Source: a virus
Strand: one strand, 5' to 3'
DNA: 64,000 nucleotides
IMG/VR virus record: IMGVR_UViG_3300043436_005236
Coordinates: 10,188-74,187 of that record
A program made the position numbers and the translations under genes. The notes beneath the pieces were generated by a model that was not told the origin of the DNA, ran no database searches, and was given only the letters and a program-made list of their open reading frames with translations. Below are positions 62,001 to 64,000 of the stretch, in pieces; positions within the stretch are counted from its first letter, which is position 1, and each line of letters begins with the position of its first letter.

Positions 62001-62423
62001 TATAACAGCATTACCGATAGGTAAATCTCCGCATATTTTATTACCCGCACCACCAACAATAGAGCTACAATTTACATTAACTTCATTTTGACATCCTCCA
62101 CCTATAAAAGAACAACTACCACAAACTGTATTACAGCGACCACCGGCTATTGATGAGTCTATACCTGTGTTAGTATGTCGTATACCAGCGATTAAATTAC
62201 CACTAATTGTCTGTGATGTTGTAAAGAAGTTATCTTGCGTCTTTAGCGCAAAACGTCCACTTGTTGCCGCGAACTCTGAATCAGCAAATAACGCTCCAGT
62301 TAGATAATTTACAAAAGAACTTAATGTTCCTTTTCTTGTTTCTGTATTTTGAACTAAAGGAAATTCTTCAGAACCCGTGTATGGTAATCTATTAGGTGGT
62401 AGTTCGGAAATTTTAATACCCAT
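59091..62423 (-). CDS. Long beta-roll repeat tail fibre/adhesin
   Basis: IKISELP N-terminus; two repeat blocks each ending in a neck-like FIIG(T/S)NI motif; C-terminal IILKSPNGTKWRIRV typical of phage fibres. Confidence 0.8.
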   Translation of the reverse strand: MGIKISELPPNRLPYTGSEEFPLVQNTETRKGTLSSFVNYLTGALFADSEFAATSGRFALKTQDNFFTTSQTISGNLIAGIRHTNTGIDSSIAGGRCNTVCGSCSFIGGGCQNEVNVNCSSIVGGAGNKICGDLPIGNAVIGGGGQNIINNGCFATIAGGYCNRASSSSVVGGGRENNASGQNSTVAGGFSGQASGFSSSILGGSCNVASGGGTTAVGGICNTAAGNASTVVGGQNNRSVGNCTFIGGGCNNVSCCSFSTIAGGCSNTASSYHTTVGGGVLNIAGGCNSTIGGGDRNTANGVCSTVGGGHCNCASGGDSVVGGGSRNIASGCRASIGSGFCNTASGCYSTISSGFRNTASGNFTGILGGCSNCATHNNSFIIGTNIRSISANTTHVEALYATRDITTTGSISARGSLFVTNTVATSTAQLSVFNDGTYIAGIVWQNGCQPAIAIGKNHRVTGNQASVLGGESNYATGNCSGVTTGFANSAFGNYSFVGGGTQNCANGTAGVVTGTSNTALNQSFIGGGYDNTATGITSMIAQGYYNIACGDYSTVVNGISNFATGIYSAAVGGNSNIASGSYSAIVNGLSNRATADYSTVVNGTCNDALGEGTFIGSGALNTVESLYGAIVGGTDNCIYGDSEHSFIGGGYNNVANHIFATIGGGSGNRACGYVSTVGGGAENLALGNGSYIGGGRENRANNSFTTIAGGFSSTASGIYSTVAGGFQNTVNGESSIIAGGKSNCINNDFSTIGGGFSSRASGNYSTIGGGTMNAASGNLSIIGGGAVNTASGYRSAMVGGGCNTASGAGSFIGGGQCNIANATYSTIAGGFSSRASGVCSFVGGGQNNIASEDAATVSGGRCNIASGYRSTIGGGQINKASGYGSTIGGGFDNTASGNMSTIAGGFSGRASGPYSFIGSGYNNTASGGSSTVGGGYNNTASGYQSTIGGGFSGRASGLGSFTTGLSSVASGRASVALGEGNIVNGDYSTIAGGIGNDTNTRSNAFIIGSNITALSSNFTYVNNLSSQGDVYIGRNTIAQNLSSSTLTALTATISQLNIGQTSGLTLQGTVSAAGDIDVTNSSNGIILKSPNGTKWRIRVTDLGALTTTLI

Positions 62424-62469
62424 GTGATTATTTATGGATTTAGATAGGTTTTCTTATAATATAAATTTA

Positions 62470-63171
62470 ATGATTACCTTTGATCAAGACTCTCATACTT
62501 ATACTAACTCTTCAACACAGGAAAAATATATTTCGGTAACTACTTTACTTGGTAAATACAAGCAACCGTTTGATAAGGAAAAGCATTCTCTACGTGTTGC
62601 AAAACGCGAAGGTATTTCGCAAGAGCTAGTACTAGAAATGTGGGATAAAGAAAATAAAAGATCGACAGACCGCGGAACAAAAATACACAAGTTGATGGAA
62701 AATTATATTGACTTTGGTGAAAGGAAAGACGATTACAACTGGCTCTATAAATCATACGATAAAGCTGTTACACATACAATAAGTAAGTTTAATAAGGTGT
62801 ACAGTGAAAATTTGCTATATACACATAAATATAAGATCGCTGGAACAGCTGATTTAATTTACGATCACGGAGACTACTTTACAATAGGTGACTTTAAAAC
62901 AAATAAAAAATTTAACTATACGAGTGATTTTAATGAATACTTTAAAACGCCAATAGATCATCTACCGTATTGCGAATTTAATAACTACGCACTGCAGATG
63001 TCATTATATGCGTATATGTATGAAGAGCTAACAGGTAAGAAATGTAAAAAAATCGTTGTTTTCTATTTGAATGAGGACAAATGGCAATCAATTCACTGCA
63101 ACTATCTTAAAAGCGACATACAAAAAATACTAACGCATTATTATGCAGATAATCTCATAATTTTAAATTAA
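62470..63171 (+). CDS. PD-(D/E)XK exonuclease (RecB-like family)
   Basis: SVTTLL, RGTKIH, SE, AGTADL, DFKT, YALQMSLY. Start MITFDQ at 62470 preferred. Confidence 0.85.
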   Translation: MITFDQDSHTYTNSSTQEKYISVTTLLGKYKQPFDKEKHSLRVAKREGISQELVLEMWDKENKRSTDRGTKIHKLMENYIDFGERKDDYNWLYKSYDKAVTHTISKFNKVYSENLLYTHKYKIAGTADLIYDHGDYFTIGDFKTNKKFNYTSDFNEYFKTPIDHLPYCEFNNYALQMSLYAYMYEELTGKKCKKIVVFYLNEDKWQSIHCNYLKSDIQKILTHYYADNLIILN

Positions 63172-63190
63172 TATAGCTTAAATAAAAACA

Positions 63191-63406
63191 ATGAAAAAGG
63201 AGACTCTTATTAAAAAATTTAACGCGCAGATTGACAAAATCCAGGATTGTATCGATGAAATTTCGACATTACTTGAAATAGAAAATGATGATGATGAACT
63301 TTCAGAAATGTCTGTAACGTTTAGGGAGCAGCTAGAAACGTGTCTAAGTGACAATGAAGAGTGTAATGCTAACGATATTGTAGAGTATATTCGCGAGAAT
63401 CTATAA
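63191..63406 (+). CDS. Small acidic hypothetical protein
   Basis: 71 aa; ATG 6 nt after TAAATA. Confidence 0.6.
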   Translation: MKKETLIKKFNAQIDKIQDCIDEISTLLEIENDDDELSEMSVTFREQLETCLSDNEECNANDIVEYIRENL

Positions 63407-63409
63407 ATA
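63402..63409 (+). promoter_or_regulatory. T4-type late promoter TATAAATA
   Basis: 5 nt before ATG 63415. Confidence 0.8.
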
Positions 63410-63414
63410 TATGA

Positions 63415-63780
63415 ATGAAGGCATTTAAGTCATTCTTCAAAGAGGTTAATCCTGAAATCGATTACGATCCTGAAGAGCTAAAAAAAGGTATTGAAGTAGA
63501 GTTAGAGCATACAAATTATAAAGCTATTGCTACTATAATAGCTAAACACCATTTATCTGAAGATCCTGAATATTATATAAAGCTCGCAAATTGTGTAGAA
63601 TCTAAGCCTAAGAGTGAAGACGCTGAGGATATTCACAAGCCTGTTAGACCGGGTATTCTCAAAAGACAGGTCTCGGGTAAAATGACCTGTTCTAAGGCTA
63701 AATCTTTAAAATCAAAGCAAAAAAACAAAGGTAATAATACAGCTAAAGCTGCACAAAGATACCTTAATTATCACTGTTGA
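63415..63780 (+). CDS. DUF5661-like protein, candidate internal head protein
   Basis: ELKKGIEVELEHT...IAKHHLSEDPEYYIKL; N-terminus MKAFKSFFKE. Confidence 0.7.
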   Translation: MKAFKSFFKEVNPEIDYDPEELKKGIEVELEHTNYKAIATIIAKHHLSEDPEYYIKLANCVESKPKSEDAEDIHKPVRPGILKRQVSGKMTCSKAKSLKSKQKNKGNNTAKAAQRYLNYHC

Positions 63781-63804
63781 CTTTTCATGAGCGCATTTTA
63801 TACT
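63777..63804 (+). promoter_or_regulatory. Sigma70-like promoter
   Basis: TTGACT-N16-TATACT, 9 nt before ATG 63814. Confidence 0.65.
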
Positions 63805-63813
63805 AAAGATAGT

Positions 63814-64000
63814 ATGAGTGGTGAATTCCTTTCAATAAATGAATTGCATCCTATGGATGTGTTTACTATCGGCGATGAAAAATTTCTTATAGTAAAGAAT
63901 ACGTGCAATACTGCAGCAAGTTATAAAGGCGAGTTTTACGATATAACAGGCTCAGGTATATTATCTTTTTACAATAATGATGGGCAGCAATGCTCTATTG
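63814..64000 (+). CDS. Hypothetical protein (partial, runs off window end)
   Basis: Hand-translated MSGEFLSINELHPMDVFTIGDEKFLIVKN... is open to the end; sigma70-like promoter upstream. Confidence 0.6.
   Translation, partial: MSGEFLSINELHPMDVFTIGDEKFLIVKNTCNTAASYKGEFYDITGSGILSFYNNDGQQCSI

Noticed and set aside
56892-62423. Regular approximately 45-nt repeats as a possible CRISPR array or DGR template/variable pair
   Set aside because: Repeats are degenerate at codon third positions and in frame within long ORFs, with no unique spacers; no reverse transcriptase in the window and no adenine-specific mismatch pattern noticed.
62470-63171. Nuclease as a Cas4 of a CRISPR system
   Set aside because: No four-Cys Fe-S motif, and no cas genes or array nearby; an ordinary phage PD-(D/E)XK exonuclease.
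1-64000. Stop-codon reassignment, introns or inteins (e.g. in terL or sheath), tRNAs
   Set aside because: Core genes are full length and uninterrupted in the standard code; intergenic gaps are too short and AT-rich, and no cloverleaf was seen.
1-64000. Eukaryotic giant virus origin (suggested by GT60, GT34 and the RFC-like protein)
   Set aside because: Sheath, tube, baseplate, T4-like terminase, peptidoglycan hydrolases and Rho-independent terminators indicate a bacteriophage.

Overview
This window is a 64-kb segment of a large lytic dsDNA phage with a T4-like contractile tail (AT-rich, standard genetic code, gene-dense). No tRNA, CRISPR array or integrase was seen. It holds most of the morphogenesis region: large terminase, a candidate small terminase, neck (gp14-like), tail terminator, sheath, tube, tape-measure protein, and baseplate hub/wedge genes (gp26/27/48/53/54/25/6-like). 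It also has several very large accessory virion proteins, plus dUTPase, a clamp-loader subunit and a PD-(D/E)XK nuclease. The most notable feature is a probable virion protein-glycosylation system. A four-gene operon (GT60/polypeptide-GlcNAc-transferase-like; GT34 fused to a methyltransferase; an unknown protein; HtrL-like fused to a GT-A domain) converges directly on two genes for mucin-like Thr/Pro-repeat proteins. A second module (GT9-like plus sulfotransferase) sits downstream of two beta-roll fibre genes and upstream of two serine proteases. Other signals: at least 14 start codons lie exactly 5 nt after a TAAATA late-promoter box with no Shine-Dalgarno (leaderless late mRNAs), one of them internal and in frame; an L-S-(A/G/S) tripeptide is enriched in exposed virion proteins; several small proteins have T4-like capsid-targeting N-termini; and the tail carries three peptidoglycan-hydrolase domains. 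All family calls come from motif recognition by eye, with no database searches.
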